Assembly: GCA_045661145.1 (NCBI GenBank)
Contig: JAZRFC010000015.1
Location: 1-49,111 of the forward strand
From: Clostridia bacterium
GTDB lineage: Bacteria; Bacillota; Clostridia; UMGS1883
DNA: 49,111 nt
Direction: 5' to 3'
The translations under genes and the position numbers were made by a program. Shown one piece after another: positions 35,336-46,602 of this stretch; position 1 is the stretch's first letter; every line of letters starts with the position of its first letter. The notes below the pieces were generated by a model. That model searched no databases, was not told the DNA's origin, and saw only the letters and a program-made list of their open reading frames with translations.

Positions 35336-37298
35336 AATGCTTGATTCCATGCCTAAAGCGGCAACCCCCGTATTTGCTGTCATTGTTATGGTTTGCGCAT
35401 TGTTTTTGCTTCCTTCACAGCCTGTGATTGCAGGTGTTATTATAATTACATCTGTTCTCATATTGCTTGAAAAAGCTATCTGGCACTTTGTCAGAATAAG
35501 GAAGATGAAAGAATATATAAGCGATGCGGCAAGTGATGATGACGAACTTCAGAATAACGAAGCTCTCTTTAAATCGATGAATCCCATTGCAGGAATCCGT
35601 CTTGACGGCACAGTTGCATGGTATAATTCTGCTTTTAAAGAATTATTTTCCGTTGTTTCCGAAAAGAAAGTGGCAGAACTTATTCCGGAAATCAATGTCA
35701 GAAAAATATATGAAGACGGGGGACGCACTCCTGTAATTGTAAAGACAGGTGATAATACCTATAAGGTCCGCGCAAATGTAAAAAGAAAAGCATCTGCCGA
35801 CCATGCGGCAATTATGTTGTATATGGAAAATATTACAGAGGTTGTTTCTTTAAAAGAGGAACTTGAAAACGCACGGTGTGCAGTTGCACATATCAATGTG
35901 GATAACTATGAAGAGGTTATTAACAGCATTACCGATGAAGAGCGAATTGATGTTATAAGCTTAATTGATAAAAATATTATTGGTTATATGCAGGATTTGG
36001 GTGCGCTTGTAAAAAAACTTGAAAAAGACAGTTATTTATGTGTGTTCACTAAGAAACAGCTCGCAAGTATCGTAGATACTAAATTTGAAATCCTGAATAA
36101 TGTAAAATCCTTTGATGCAGGGCTAAAAACACCTCCCACAGTAAGTATTGGTATAGGAATAGGAGGGGAAACACTTAATAAGAATAATATCTCAGCCAAG
36201 AAAGCCCTTGAAATGGCTCTCGGCAGGGGCGGTGACCAGGCAGTAATCCGCGAAAATGGTAAGTTCAGATATTTCGGTGGAAACTCAAAGGAAACCGAGA
36301 AAAGAACAAAGGTTAAGGCTCGTATTATGGCTCGCAACCTTCGTGAGCTTATGGAAAATTCCGATAATGTCCTGATTATGGGACACAGAAACAGTGACGC
36401 CGATGCAATTGGTGCAGCAATTGGTGTTGCAAGTATGGCAAACCATATTAATAAGGATGCAAAGGTGCTTCTTATTACCAAGGATGATACTGTAAAAATG
36501 CTTATGAAGAAGATTGAGGATAATCATTATCTTGATGAGATGTTCATAGGCAAATCAGGCTTAAAAGAATACATCACGCCTAAAACCTTGCTGGTAATCT
36601 GTGATACGCATATTCCTGAATATACAGAAATGCCCGAACTTATTGATTCTGTAAAAACAAAATTGGTTATTGACCATCATCGCAGAAGTGAAAGCTTCAT
36701 CGAAAATGCCGATATTGTTTATCATGAGCCGTTCTCATCTTCAACTTGTGAAATGGTAGCGGAAATCATGCAGTATTTTAGCAATCATTTTTCCGTATCA
36801 ACTGTTGTTGCTGAGGCACTTTATGCAGGAATAGCAGTAGATACAAAGAACTTTACCTTTAAAACAGGCGTAAGAACCTTTGAGGCAGCCGCTTATTTAA
36901 GAACCGCAGGTGTAGATACTCTTCATGTAAAGAAGCTGTTCAGAGAGTCAATTGATAACTACAAGCTAAAGGCGTGTATCGTTACCGAAGCACAGCTCTA
37001 CGGAGATAACATAGCAATATCTCTCTTTTCGGGAGTTGTTCCTCATGTTGTCATTGCAGAAGCAGCTGATGAAATGCTGGAAATAAATGATATCAAGGCA
37101 TCCTTTGTAGTGGCACGCGGCGAAGACGGTACCGTAATAGTGAGTGGTCGTTCTCTCGGAGAGGTGAATGTGCAGGTTGTCCTTGAAAAGCTTGGCGGCG
37201 GAGGACATATGATGACCGCAGGAGCACAGCTTATCGGAACATCCGTAACAGATGTCGGTGAGATGCTCAAGGATGCAATAGACGAAATTAATAACTGA
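35319..37298 (+). CDS. gdpP: Cyclic-di-AMP phosphodiesterase GdpP (TM-PAS-GGDEF*-DHH-DHHA1)
   Basis: Motifs [28 protein letters not shown] and LGGGGH. Confidence 0.93.
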   Translation: MKQKNEMLDSMPKAATPVFAVIVMVCALFLLPSQPVIAGVIIITSVLILLEKAIWHFVRIRKMKEYISDAASDDDELQNNEALFKSMNPIAGIRLDGTVAWYNSAFKELFSVVSEKKVAELIPEINVRKIYEDGGRTPVIVKTGDNTYKVRANVKRKASADHAAIMLYMENITEVVSLKEELENARCAVAHINVDNYEEVINSITDEERIDVISLIDKNIIGYMQDLGALVKKLEKDSYLCVFTKKQLASIVDTKFEILNNVKSFDAGLKTPPTVSIGIGIGGETLNKNNISAKKALEMALGRGGDQAVIRENGKFRYFGGNSKETEKRTKVKARIMARNLRELMENSDNVLIMGHRNSDADAIGAAIGVASMANHINKDAKVLLITKDDTVKMLMKKIEDNHYLDEMFIGKSGLKEYITPKTLLVICDTHIPEYTEMPELIDSVKTKLVIDHHRRSESFIENADIVYHEPFSSSTCEMVAEIMQYFSNHFSVSTVVAEALYAGIAVDTKNFTFKTGVRTFEAAAYLRTAGVDTLHVKKLFRESIDNYKLKACIVTEAQLYGDNIAISLFSGVVPHVVIAEAADEMLEINDIKASFVVARGEDGTVIVSGRSLGEVNVQVVLEKLGGGGHMMTAGAQLIGTSVTDVGEMLKDAIDEINN

Positions 37299-37314
37299 GA
37301 AAGGATTGACAAAA

Positions 37315-37764
37315 ATGAAAGTTGTACTTTTAATGGATGTTAAAGGACACGGAAAAAAAGGTGATATAGTAGAAGCAAGTGACGGTTATGCAAGAAATTT
37401 CCTTTTACCAAGAAAAATGGCAGAGGTTGCTACTGCAGATGTCCTTAACAATATAAAGGGAAAGAACGAAGCGGCCCAATATCACAAACAGCAGGAGATA
37501 GCAGCGGCAAAGGAAATGGCAAAGAGCCTTGAAGGAGCAAAGGTTGTTCTTGAAGGAAAAGCAGGAGATAACGGTAAGCTTTTCGGAAAGATTACCAATC
37601 AGAATGTTGCAGATGCTATAAAATATCAGCTTCATCACGTGATTGATAAACGTAAAATTGTACTTCCTGACGGAATTAAAACAATCGGAGAAACCACAGT
37701 TGAAATAAAGGTGTACCCTGATATAACCGCAAAAATTACAGTTGTTGTAAATCAGGCTAACTAA
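37315..37764 (+). CDS. rplI: 50S ribosomal protein L9
   Basis: MKVVLL.DVKG.GKKG...GYARNFLLP and GKLFG. Confidence 0.97.
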   Translation: MKVVLLMDVKGHGKKGDIVEASDGYARNFLLPRKMAEVATADVLNNIKGKNEAAQYHKQQEIAAAKEMAKSLEGAKVVLEGKAGDNGKLFGKITNQNVADAIKYQLHHVIDKRKIVLPDGIKTIGETTVEIKVYPDITAKITVVVNQAN

Positions 37765-37795
37765 TGAAAATTATTTGAGAAATACGGTGATGTAA

Positions 37796-39127
37796 ATGGA
37801 TATGCCAATCGGCAGAACCATGCCATATAATCTTGAGGCAGAAGCGGCAATTCTTGGTAATATGATTCTGGATGAAAAAGCGCTTGTCAATGCGATGGAT
37901 AAGCTTGACGAGGAGTGCTTTTATGCAACCGCCAATAAAACGTTGTTCAACGCTATATCCAAGTTATTTGAGGAGGGTGTTCCCGTAGATATGGTAACTC
38001 TTTCCGAAAAGCTTGGAGACAGGCTCGAAAGTGTTGGCGGTATTGCGTATATCACAAAAATAGCCCAAAATGTATTTACCAAGGAAAACCTTGACCAATA
38101 TATTGAAATAGCACGCGATAAAAGGACACAGAGAAGACTCATTGAAGCTGCAGGTGAAATTATTGATGCAGGAATGAGTGATGAATTGTCAGCAACTGAA
38201 CTTATAGACAGAAGTGAGCAGTTGGTATTCAGAATAAGCGAGCAGCAGGGAAATAAGAGCTTGTCCCATATAGGGGAAGTTGTTAAGTCAACTCTTGCTC
38301 TCTTAGAGGAAAGAAAAAAGCGTGGCGGAAAAATCACGGGAATAAGAACAGGTTTTACAGGTCTGGATGCTGCTACTGCAGGTCTTCAGAACAGTAACCT
38401 TATCATTCTTGCGGCAAGACCCGGTGTAGGTAAGACAAGCTTTGCTCTTAACATAGCTCAGAATGCTGCTATCCGCGAAAAAGTTCCTGTTGCAATATTC
38501 TCACTTGAAATGAGTAAGGATGAGCTTGTGAACAGAGTTATTTCCAGCGAATCTTTGGTTGAATCTGGAAAGCTTCGTGTCGGTGACATTGATGCAGCTG
38601 ATATGACTAAAATAGCACATTCGTTGAAAGATTTGTTTACCGCACCTATATACATTGATGATACTCCCGGTATTACTGTTGCTGAAATAAGAGCAAAATG
38701 CCGCAGGCTGAAAATGGAAAAAGGTCTTGGTCTTGTTGTCATTGACTATCTTCAGCTTATGCAGGGAAGCAGTAAATCAAGAGGGGAGAGCCGTACGCAG
38801 GAAGTAAGTGAAATGTCACGTTCGCTTAAGATTATGGCAAAGGAGCTTAATGTTCCCGTTATAACTCTCTCTCAGCTTAACCGTTCTTCGGAAAAGCTTT
38901 CAAGACGGCCTATGCTCAGTGACCTTCGTGAAAGTGGCTCTATTGAGCAGGATGCCGATATTGTAATTATGTTAAGCAGACCTATTACTGAGGAAAATGC
39001 AGAGGAATCTGCAGGTAATATTGTAGAGTGTATTCTTGCGAAAAACCGTGCAGGTGAATGCTCAATCATAAATCTTGCTTGGCGTGGAGAATATACGAAA
39101 TTCATGAATCTGGATAACAGGAGCTGA
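37796..39127 (+). CDS. dnaB: Replicative DNA helicase
   Basis: Motifs AARPGVGKT, FSLEM, IDYLQL, LSQLNR and DLRESGSIEQDAD; no intein. Confidence 0.98.
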   Translation: MDMPIGRTMPYNLEAEAAILGNMILDEKALVNAMDKLDEECFYATANKTLFNAISKLFEEGVPVDMVTLSEKLGDRLESVGGIAYITKIAQNVFTKENLDQYIEIARDKRTQRRLIEAAGEIIDAGMSDELSATELIDRSEQLVFRISEQQGNKSLSHIGEVVKSTLALLEERKKRGGKITGIRTGFTGLDAATAGLQNSNLIILAARPGVGKTSFALNIAQNAAIREKVPVAIFSLEMSKDELVNRVISSESLVESGKLRVGDIDAADMTKIAHSLKDLFTAPIYIDDTPGITVAEIRAKCRRLKMEKGLGLVVIDYLQLMQGSSKSRGESRTQEVSEMSRSLKIMAKELNVPVITLSQLNRSSEKLSRRPMLSDLRESGSIEQDADIVIMLSRPITEENAEESAGNIVECILAKNRAGECSIINLAWRGEYTKFMNLDNRS

Positions 39128-39132
39128 CGGAA

Positions 39133-40479
39133 ATGCTTCTTGAAAAAGTCAAGAAGACTATTGAAAAGCATAACCTTCTTGAAAATGGAGATACCGTTAT
39201 ATGTGCGGTATCGGGCGGTGCAGATTCTGTTTGTCTGTTACATTTAATGCAGTCGTTAAAATATGATTATAATTTGGCAGTTTATGTTGCAAACGTTAAT
39301 CATCTTATTCGTGGAGAAGAATCTGACCGTGACAGTAATTTTGTCAAAAGTGTTTGTAAAGCCGCCGATGTTAAGTGCTTTTACAGAGAATATGATGTAA
39401 AAGAAATTGCAAAAATAAGAAAAATCGGAGAAGAAGAATGCGGAAGAATTCTTCGTTACGAATTTTTTGATGAAATTTCAAAGGAGCTTGGCGGTGCAAA
39501 AATTGCAACTGCCCATAATCTTAATGACAATGCAGAAACCGTTCTTTTCAGGCTGATAAGAGGAAGCAGTGCCCACGGTCTGTCGGGGATAAGCTATAAA
39601 AGAGAAAATATAATACGGCCTATTCTGGATATAAGTCGTAGTGAAATTGAGGATTATCTCATCCGTAACGGAATTTCATGGTGTAATGACAGTACCAACG
39701 CTATTCCCGTATATGCCAGAAATAAACTCAGACTTAAAGTATTTCCAGAGCTTAACAGTGTTGTAAATAATGTGGAAAAGAGAATTGTTTCAGCAGCAAA
39801 GCTTATCGGGGATGATGATATGTATTTATATTCTCTTGCAGATACGGCTTTCTCCAAATGTTTATTTGAAAATTATCTTCTTTTAAGCGAATTTAACAGC
39901 TATGAATTACCTATTAAAAGGAGAATTATATCAAATCTTCTGTCTCTTTGGGGCATGAAAGAAATTACAGCAGATAAAATTGAAGATTTCATAGAATATA
40001 CCACAAAAGAAAGCGGGAAGAAATTTGACATAAATGCAGAGTCCTATGCTGAGAAATCCTATGACAGAATTTATTTGAGGAAAAGAGAAAAGGCAGTTAC
40101 AGAAGAATTTACGATATGTGGAGAAGCTTCTTTTGCTCACGAAAAGTTTTCTGTAAAGGTGGAAATTTCTTCCGCCTATCCCGAAAAATCAGGTAACAAT
40201 ACAGCTGTCTTTGATGCGGACAAGCTTTCATTTCCTTTGCAAATGAGGTTTAGGAAAAAAGGCGACAAAATGAAGCTAAAAGGTATGAACGGCACGAAAA
40301 AAATAAGCGACATATTTTCCGATGAAAAAATTGAGAGGGCAAAACGCGATTTTATTCCGCTTGTTTTGAAAGAGGAGGAAATTATTTTTCTGTGCGGGCT
40401 AAGGCAGTCTCCATCTTATGCACCTGATAATAATACAAAGAAATATCTTTTAATTGATTATACAGAAGATAACATGTAA
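39133..40479 (+). CDS. tilS: tRNA(Ile)-lysidine synthetase
   Basis: Motifs AVSGGADS, ATAHNLND.AET and YARN.LR. Confidence 0.96.
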   Translation: MLLEKVKKTIEKHNLLENGDTVICAVSGGADSVCLLHLMQSLKYDYNLAVYVANVNHLIRGEESDRDSNFVKSVCKAADVKCFYREYDVKEIAKIRKIGEEECGRILRYEFFDEISKELGGAKIATAHNLNDNAETVLFRLIRGSSAHGLSGISYKRENIIRPILDISRSEIEDYLIRNGISWCNDSTNAIPVYARNKLRLKVFPELNSVVNNVEKRIVSAAKLIGDDDMYLYSLADTAFSKCLFENYLLLSEFNSYELPIKRRIISNLLSLWGMKEITADKIEDFIEYTTKESGKKFDINAESYAEKSYDRIYLRKREKAVTEEFTICGEASFAHEKFSVKVEISSAYPEKSGNNTAVFDADKLSFPLQMRFRKKGDKMKLKGMNGTKKISDIFSDEKIERAKRDFIPLVLKEEEIIFLCGLRQSPSYAPDNNTKKYLLIDYTEDNM

Positions 40480-40497
40480 AGAAAGGAAATATACAGT

Positions 40498-41043
40498 ATG
40501 GCAAATATAAACGATCCTATTGAAAAAGTCCTCATATCCGAAGAGGAGATTACATCAAAAATTAAAGAAATGGCAGCATCTATTGATGAAGACTACCGAG
40601 ACAAGGAGCCTCTTATGCTTTCAGTCTTAAGCGGAAGCTTTATGTTTGCATCTGACCTTATGCGGGCAGTGTCAATCCCTGTCGGAATATCTTTTGTTTT
40701 TGCCTCAAGCTACGGCTCTGATACAGTTTCTTCAGGTGATGTGGAGATTCATACGGGAAAAGGTTTTGATCCTGTAGGAAAGGACATAATAATTGTTGAG
40801 GATATTGTGGACTCGGGAAGAACGTTAAAGAAAATCAAGGAATATTTGCTTGATAAAGGTGCTAATAGCGTCGAACTGTGTACTTTCCTTAATAAACCCT
40901 CACGCAGAGTTGTGGATATAGATGTTAAGTATATCGGTTTTGAAGTTCCTGACGAATTTGTAGTCGGTTACGGATTGGACTTTGATTACAAGTATAGGCA
41001 GTATCCTTTTGTGGGTGTACTAAAGAAAGAATATTATGAATAA
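40498..41043 (+). CDS. hpt: Hypoxanthine phosphoribosyltransferase
   Basis: Motifs IVEDIVDSGRT and FVVGYGLD; tilS-hpt-ftsH synteny. Confidence 0.96.
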   Translation: MANINDPIEKVLISEEEITSKIKEMAASIDEDYRDKEPLMLSVLSGSFMFASDLMRAVSIPVGISFVFASSYGSDTVSSGDVEIHTGKGFDPVGKDIIIVEDIVDSGRTLKKIKEYLLDKGANSVELCTFLNKPSRRVVDIDVKYIGFEVPDEFVVGYGLDFDYKYRQYPFVGVLKKEYYE

Positions 41044-41108
41044 TATGTGAAAAGAATTGATAAATTCTGTTTCCTTAAATATAATGAAATAAGTGAGGAG
41101 GTATTGCT

Positions 41109-42935
41109 TTGAAAAAGAGTTTCAGAAGTATAAGCTTTTATATAATTTTACCGATTGTCATAATACTCTTGATGATGTTTTCTCAGCAAAAGCCCGATTC
41201 CGGTGTAACATCCTTTTCAGAACTTGTAAAATCTGTTAAGGAAGAAAAAGTTACATCTATGAAAATCGGTGATACTACGACAATTGCAACCATTGACGGT
41301 AAGGAATACAAGGTTGAGGTTAATCAGATAGTATTATTGACAATACTCGGTGATGAAATCGAACAGCAGATTAAAGACGGAGTTATGGAAAATACGGAAG
41401 TTCCTGCCCCCGAGGAAATCTCATGGTGGGTATCTCTTCTTCCGACGATACTTATGTTTTTAATTATGGGTATCTTCATATTCTCCTTTATGCGTTCTCA
41501 GACCGGAGGTCACGGTATAGGCAATTTTGGTAAATCAAAAGCGAAATCTGCCTTGGACAGTAAAGTAACCTTTGAGCAGGTAGCCGGTGCCGACGAAGAA
41601 AAGAAAGAACTTGAGGAAGTAGTAGAATTTCTTAAGGACCCCAAGAAATTCATTGAACTTGGTGCAAGAATCCCCAAGGGAGTACTTCTTGTAGGACCTC
41701 CCGGAACGGGTAAGACACTGCTTGCAAAGGCTGTTGCAGGTGAAGCAGGTGTTCCGTTCTTCTCAATTTCAGGTTCGGATTTCGTGGAAATGTTTGTAGG
41801 TGTCGGTGCAAGCCGTGTAAGAGACCTTTTTGAACAGGCAAGAAAGAATCTGCCTGCAATCATCTTTATAGATGAAATTGATGCAGTCGGCAGACAGCGT
41901 GGCGCAGGACTTGGCGGCGGTCACGACGAACGAGAACAAACCCTTAATCAGCTTCTTGTAGAAATGGACGGCTTCGGAACAAACGAAGGTATCATAATGA
42001 TAGCGGCTACCAACAGACCTGACATACTTGACCCTGCTCTTTTAAGACCCGGAAGATTTGACAGACAGGTAGTTGTTAACTATCCTGACCAGAAGGGCAG
42101 AGTGGAAATATTAAAAGTTCATTCTAAAAACAAGCCTCTTTCAGACAGCGTTTCTCTTGAAACTGTATCAAAATCCACTTATGGATTTACACGTGCAGAC
42201 CTTGAAAATCTTCTTAACGAAGCTGCAATTTTAAGTGCAAGAAGAAATAAGAAGATAATCGAACAGGATGAAGTTGATGAAGCAATTCTCAAGGTAATTA
42301 TGGGACCTGAAAAGAAGAACCGCAAGCACGAAAAGGACAACAAGGAAAAAACTGCATACCATGAAGCAGGTCATGCAGTTGCGGCAAAGCTTCTTCCTAC
42401 TCAGGATAATGTACATCAGGTTTCCATTATTCCTCGCGGCAGGGCAGGCGGATTTACATTAAGCCTTCCCGACACAGATAAGAGCTACATTTCCAAGAAC
42501 GAAATGCTCGAAGATATAATTATGATGCTTGCAGGCCGTGCAGCTGAGAAGATTGTTTTTGATGATATTAATACAGGTGCTTCAAACGACCTTGAAAGGG
42601 CAACTCAGACCGCAAGAAAAATGGTTATGCAGTATGGTATGAGCGAGAAGCTCGGATATGTAACCTTCAATGCTGAAGACCACGAGGTTTTCCTCGGAAG
42701 AGATTTTTCTCAGGGAAGAAATTACAGCGAAAGTGTTGCGGCTGTTATTGACGAGGAAATCAAGCGTATAATTGATGAATGTTACGATAAGTGTGAAAAG
42801 CTTCTCACAGACAACAGAGATAAGCTTGACAATGTGGCAAAAGCCCTTGTTGAATATGAAAAGCTTGATGCAGCAGAATTTGAAAAAGTTTTTGAAACAG
42901 GCACACTTAAAGAAGTGGCAGATACAGAAATGTAA
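41109..42935 (+). CDS. ftsH: ATP-dependent zinc metalloprotease FtsH
   Basis: Two TMs, [14 protein letters not shown] pore motif, IFIDEID, RPGRFDR and HEAGH; TTG start after GAGGAGG. Confidence 0.98.
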   Translation: MKKSFRSISFYIILPIVIILLMMFSQQKPDSGVTSFSELVKSVKEEKVTSMKIGDTTTIATIDGKEYKVEVNQIVLLTILGDEIEQQIKDGVMENTEVPAPEEISWWVSLLPTILMFLIMGIFIFSFMRSQTGGHGIGNFGKSKAKSALDSKVTFEQVAGADEEKKELEEVVEFLKDPKKFIELGARIPKGVLLVGPPGTGKTLLAKAVAGEAGVPFFSISGSDFVEMFVGVGASRVRDLFEQARKNLPAIIFIDEIDAVGRQRGAGLGGGHDEREQTLNQLLVEMDGFGTNEGIIMIAATNRPDILDPALLRPGRFDRQVVVNYPDQKGRVEILKVHSKNKPLSDSVSLETVSKSTYGFTRADLENLLNEAAILSARRNKKIIEQDEVDEAILKVIMGPEKKNRKHEKDNKEKTAYHEAGHAVAAKLLPTQDNVHQVSIIPRGRAGGFTLSLPDTDKSYISKNEMLEDIIMMLAGRAAEKIVFDDINTGASNDLERATQTARKMVMQYGMSEKLGYVTFNAEDHEVFLGRDFSQGRNYSESVAAVIDEEIKRIIDECYDKCEKLLTDNRDKLDNVAKALVEYEKLDAAEFEKVFETGTLKEVADTEM

Positions 42936-42939
42936 CAAA

Positions 42940-42976
42940 AAAACAGTTGATTCTAACTTATAGAATCAACTGTTTT
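42940..42976. terminator. Bidirectional terminator
   Basis: AAAACAGTTGATTCTA-actta-TAGAATCAACTGTTTT. Confidence 0.85.
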
Positions 42977-42986
42977 CTGTTATATG

Positions 42987-43658
42987 TTAAAGTACATAAA
43001 AGAAAATACAGAAAAAATGCATAAGGCTTGCCAGGTCAACAAAGATATGGAAAAGTGTATGAACATATCTTTTCTTTTTGCCCAGACCGTACAGAACAGC
43101 ACCTATTGTGTAAAGTACGCCACCTAAAGCAAGATACACAGCTCCCTGAAAACCAATTGCCTTATAGGTTGTGTCCCAAAAAGCTACAATACACCAGCCA
43201 AGACCAAGGTAGCAGGCCATTGAGAATGCCTTGAACTTGTTATGGTCAATTGCTGTAAATACCATTGCAATTGCCGTTACTGCCCAGACAATTCCAAACA
43301 AAATCCAGGATTCAACGGGGGAAATGGGACGCATTCCCGAAAGAACAATAGGTGTATATGTTCCGGCAATCATAATGTATATTGTGCAGTGGTCAATAAC
43401 TTGAAATACTTTTTTTGCAGTCCCCTGTTTAAGTCCGTGATAGATGCTCGACATTGTAAAAAGAGTTATTACCGATACCCCGTAAATTGCCGAGCTGACA
43501 ACACCGTATATGTTTTTGTGGATAACAGATATAACAACACACAGAACGAGGTAGATAATACCCAATGCTCCACCGACTATATGTGTTATCATATTCGAAA
43601 GTTCTTCGCCCTTTGTGTAGTTAGGAAGGACGCGGTCCTTTAGTGATGTTCTTTTCAT
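42987..43658 (-). CDS. Hemolysin III / PAQR family membrane protein
   Basis: Motifs EELSN.ITH, SSIYH, DHC.IY..IAGTYTP and HTLFHIFV; about seven TMs. Confidence 0.92.
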   Translation of the reverse strand: MKRTSLKDRVLPNYTKGEELSNMITHIVGGALGIIYLVLCVVISVIHKNIYGVVSSAIYGVSVITLFTMSSIYHGLKQGTAKKVFQVIDHCTIYIMIAGTYTPIVLSGMRPISPVESWILFGIVWAVTAIAMVFTAIDHNKFKAFSMACYLGLGWCIVAFWDTTYKAIGFQGAVYLALGGVLYTIGAVLYGLGKKKRYVHTLFHIFVDLASLMHFFCIFFYVL

Positions 43659-43660
43659 TG

Positions 43661-44422
43661 TCAAAAGTTCCCCTCAATAAGATGTCCCATATTATACATT
43701 CCGGCATCTTTTCCGAAAATAAACATAGCGGCTTTCACAGCACCTACCGCAAAAATTTCCTTGCTTGTTGCAGTATGCTTCAATTCTATTATTTCGTCAT
43801 TCCCTGCAAATATAACGCTATGTTCTCCTACGATTGTACCTCCACGCAATGAGTGCATTCCGATTTCATTCTTGCTTCTTTTCTTGCGCGTGCTGTGTCT
43901 GTCATACACATATTCATTAGAATTGTCACAGGTGTCATTTATTGCATCTGCAATAGCGAGTGCAGTACCGCTTGGAGCATCAATTTTCTGATTGTGGTGC
44001 TTTTCAATAATTTCAATATCAAAATTATCCTGAAGCAATGCGGTTGCTTTTTTTGCAAGCTCAATCAAAAGATTAACACCCAAAGACATATTTGCGCTGA
44101 AAAATACAGGAGTCTTTTTTGCTGCTTCATTTACAGAAGCAATCTGCTCGGCAGAAAGCCCTGTTGTAGCAAGAACAAGTGCCTTTTTATTTTCTGTTGC
44201 ATACAAAAGTGTTGATTCAAGGGAAGAGGGATGGGAAAAATCGATAATTACATCAATTTCCTCTTTTGCCTCGCTGAGTGCTCCGTACACGGGAACGCCA
44301 TTCTTTTCTTCTTTGTTAATATCAACACCGCAAACAATTTCGGCAGAATCGTGGGAATCAAGTATTCTGCAAATTACCTGTCCCATTTTTCCGTTTATAC
44401 CAACCAATGCTATTCTTATCAT
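43661..44422 (-). CDS. dapB: 4-hydroxy-tetrahydrodipicolinate reductase
   Basis: Motifs G..GKMG, IDFS, NMSLG, EKHHNQKIDAPSGTA and RGGTIVGEH. Confidence 0.97.
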   Translation of the reverse strand: MIRIALVGINGKMGQVICRILDSHDSAEIVCGVDINKEEKNGVPVYGALSEAKEEIDVIIDFSHPSSLESTLLYATENKKALVLATTGLSAEQIASVNEAAKKTPVFFSANMSLGVNLLIELAKKATALLQDNFDIEIIEKHHNQKIDAPSGTALAIADAINDTCDNSNEYVYDRHSTRKKRSKNEIGMHSLRGGTIVGEHSVIFAGNDEIIELKHTATSKEIFAVGAVKAAMFIFGKDAGMYNMGHLIEGNF

Positions 44423-44442
44423 ATGCTTCACCTCGAAATTTA

Positions 44443-44478
44443 ATAATCGTGCCGCATTATATTTTACGGCACGATTAT
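44443..44478. other. Stem-loop between dapA and dapB
   Basis: ATAATCGTGCCG-N12-CGGCACGATTAT. Confidence 0.55.
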
Positions 44479-44494
44479 GAGTTTTATAACGAAA

Positions 44495-45388
44495 TTATTT
44501 AATCAATCCGTAGTTTTCCATAGATTTTCTGAGTCTTTCAACATTCTCAGGAGCCATTTCGTAAAGAGGAAGTCTTGTATAACCGGCCTCAAAACCGAGC
44601 AAATTCATTCCTTCCTTTACGGGAATGGGGTTTACTTCACAGAAAAGTGAATTTATAAGGTCAAGAGCTTCCATCTGCATTCTGGATGCATTCTTGTAAT
44701 CCCCGTCAAGCGCATACTTAAGCATATTGTGTGTCTGTGCAGGTGCAACATTGGCAAGAACTGAAATTGCACCGGAGCCACCCATAGCCATAATGGGGAT
44801 GTTGATTTCGTCATTGCCCGAATAAAAATCAATCTTGTCAGCACAAAGCGACATCATTTCAACAACCTGAGCCATATTTCCCGAAGCTTCCTTGATACCT
44901 GCAATATTTGGGTGCTCTGCAAGTGTTTTTAATGTTGCGGGGGCAACATTGCAACCGGTTCTTCCGGGAACGTTATAGATGATAATAGGCTTATCAACGC
45001 TGTCTGCCAACGTGTTATAGTGATGAACAAGACCTCTCTGAGAGGTTTTGTTATAGTAGGGTGTAACTACCAGAAGTCCGTCTACTCCGAGTGCACAGGC
45101 GTTTTTACAAAGCTCAAGACCGTGTCTTGTATCATTTGAACCTGTACCTGCAATTACGGGAATTCTTCCGTTTACTGTGTTTACTATAAACTCAATAACT
45201 GAAAGATGCTCCTTATCATTCATTGTAGATGCTTCACCTGTAGTACCGCAAGCGCATATACAATCAGTTCCGTTTTCTACCTGAAACTCAACAATTTCTT
45301 TAAGTGCGGGGAAGTTTATGTCTCCGTTCTTATCAAATGGTGTTATTATTGCACAGCAGGAACCTGTGAATACTGATTTTGTTCTCAT
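44495..45388 (-). CDS. dapA: 4-hydroxy-tetrahydrodipicolinate synthase
   Basis: Motifs GTTGEA, PYYNK, YNVPGRTG, GIKEASG and NPIPVK. Confidence 0.97.
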   Translation of the reverse strand: MRTKSVFTGSCCAIITPFDKNGDINFPALKEIVEFQVENGTDCICACGTTGEASTMNDKEHLSVIEFIVNTVNGRIPVIAGTGSNDTRHGLELCKNACALGVDGLLVVTPYYNKTSQRGLVHHYNTLADSVDKPIIIYNVPGRTGCNVAPATLKTLAEHPNIAGIKEASGNMAQVVEMMSLCADKIDFYSGNDEINIPIMAMGGSGAISVLANVAPAQTHNMLKYALDGDYKNASRMQMEALDLINSLFCEVNPIPVKEGMNLLGFEAGYTRLPLYEMAPENVERLRKSMENYGLIK

Positions 45389-45405
45389 TTGATAATACCT
45401 CCTAA

Positions 45406-46404
45406 TTAGTCATTCATATACTCGATAAGCTTCTTTGCAATCTGAACAGCATTTGCAGCAGCACCCTTACGGATGTTATCTGCAACAACCCAAAGGTTTA
45501 CACCGTTTTCAACGCTTTCATCACGACGGATTCTACCAACATATGTATCATTTGTACCGGTAGCTGTGATTGCCATGGGGTAAACATTGTTTGCTGTATC
45601 ATCCTGCACAACAATACCGGGTGCATTTTTAAGTGTTTCAACGAGTTCAGAAAGCTCAAATGCATTCTCAAATTCAAGGTTGATTGATTCACTGTGGCTG
45701 TTGAATACGGGAACACGAACAGTTGTTGCTGTGATTCTGATATCGTCACGGCCGAGAATCTTCTTTGTTTCTTCAACCATTTTCATTTCTTCCTTTGTGT
45801 AACCGTTGGGAAGAAATACATCAATGTGGGGAAGACAGTTGTTTGCAATGGGATGGGGGAATTTTTTGGGTGCTTCACCCTTAAGACCGTTCTCAAGGTC
45901 ACTCCAGCCGCCCATACCTGCACCTGAAACGGCCTGATATGTAGAATAAATTACTCTCTTAATTTTGTACTTTACATCAAGGGGCTTGAGTGCAACCATT
46001 GCCTGAATTGTTGAACAGTTGGGGTTTGCAATAATACCCTTGTTCCATTTTATATCTTCGGGGTTTACTTCGGGAACAACAAGCGGAACCTCAGGATTCA
46101 TTCTCCATGCGCTTGAGTTATCAATAACAACACAACCTTTGGAAGCTGCAATAGGAGCAAACTTCTCACTTATAGAGCCGCCTGCACTGAAAAGTGCAAT
46201 ATCAATACCTCTGTCGAAAGAATTTTCATTAAGTTCCTCAACAGTATATTCCTTACCCATAAATTCTACTTTTGAACCTGCACTGCGTGCTGATGCAAAA
46301 AGGTAATAGTTTTCAACGGGGAGTTTTTCCTCTTCAAGAACCTTAAGGAAAGTTCTTCCAACCATACCTGTTGCGCCTACTACGGCTACATTCAATTTCT
46401 TCAT
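45406..46404 (-). CDS. asd: Aspartate-semialdehyde dehydrogenase
   Basis: Motifs VVGATG.VG, DNSSAWRM, IANPNCST, YQAVSGAG and DNIRKGAA. Confidence 0.98.
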   Translation of the reverse strand: MKKLNVAVVGATGMVGRTFLKVLEEEKLPVENYYLFASARSAGSKVEFMGKEYTVEELNENSFDRGIDIALFSAGGSISEKFAPIAASKGCVVIDNSSAWRMNPEVPLVVPEVNPEDIKWNKGIIANPNCSTIQAMVALKPLDVKYKIKRVIYSTYQAVSGAGMGGWSDLENGLKGEAPKKFPHPIANNCLPHIDVFLPNGYTKEEMKMVEETKKILGRDDIRITATTVRVPVFNSHSESINLEFENAFELSELVETLKNAPGIVVQDDTANNVYPMAITATGTNDTYVGRIRRDESVENGVNLWVVADNIRKGAAANAVQIAKKLIEYMND

Positions 46405-46521
46405 ATAAAATCATTCCTTTCAATGTTATACACATTTAAAAACCATACTTGGGCATTATTACTTATTTTAGCACTATTTTTGTGCTGTGTCAATTTTTTT
46501 AACGCAAAACCATTAAAAAAT

Positions 46522-46548
46522 AAAGGTTTTTCTTGATTTGCGTCGAAA
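46522..46548 (+). promoter_or_regulatory. Possible sigma-H-like promoter
   Basis: AAAGGTTTT-N11-GTCGAAA resembles RNAGGAWWW-N11/12-RNNGAAT with mismatches. Confidence 0.3.
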
Positions 46549-46602
46549 ATAGTATTATTATACATAGTGAACTTCTGTTTTTTACGAAAAGGAGGTATTC
46601 AG

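Noticed and set aside
46405-46602. Possible lysine riboswitch upstream of asd-dapA-dapB
   Set aside because: The region is short and AT-rich, is shared with a divergent promoter, and shows no L-box consensus or terminator.
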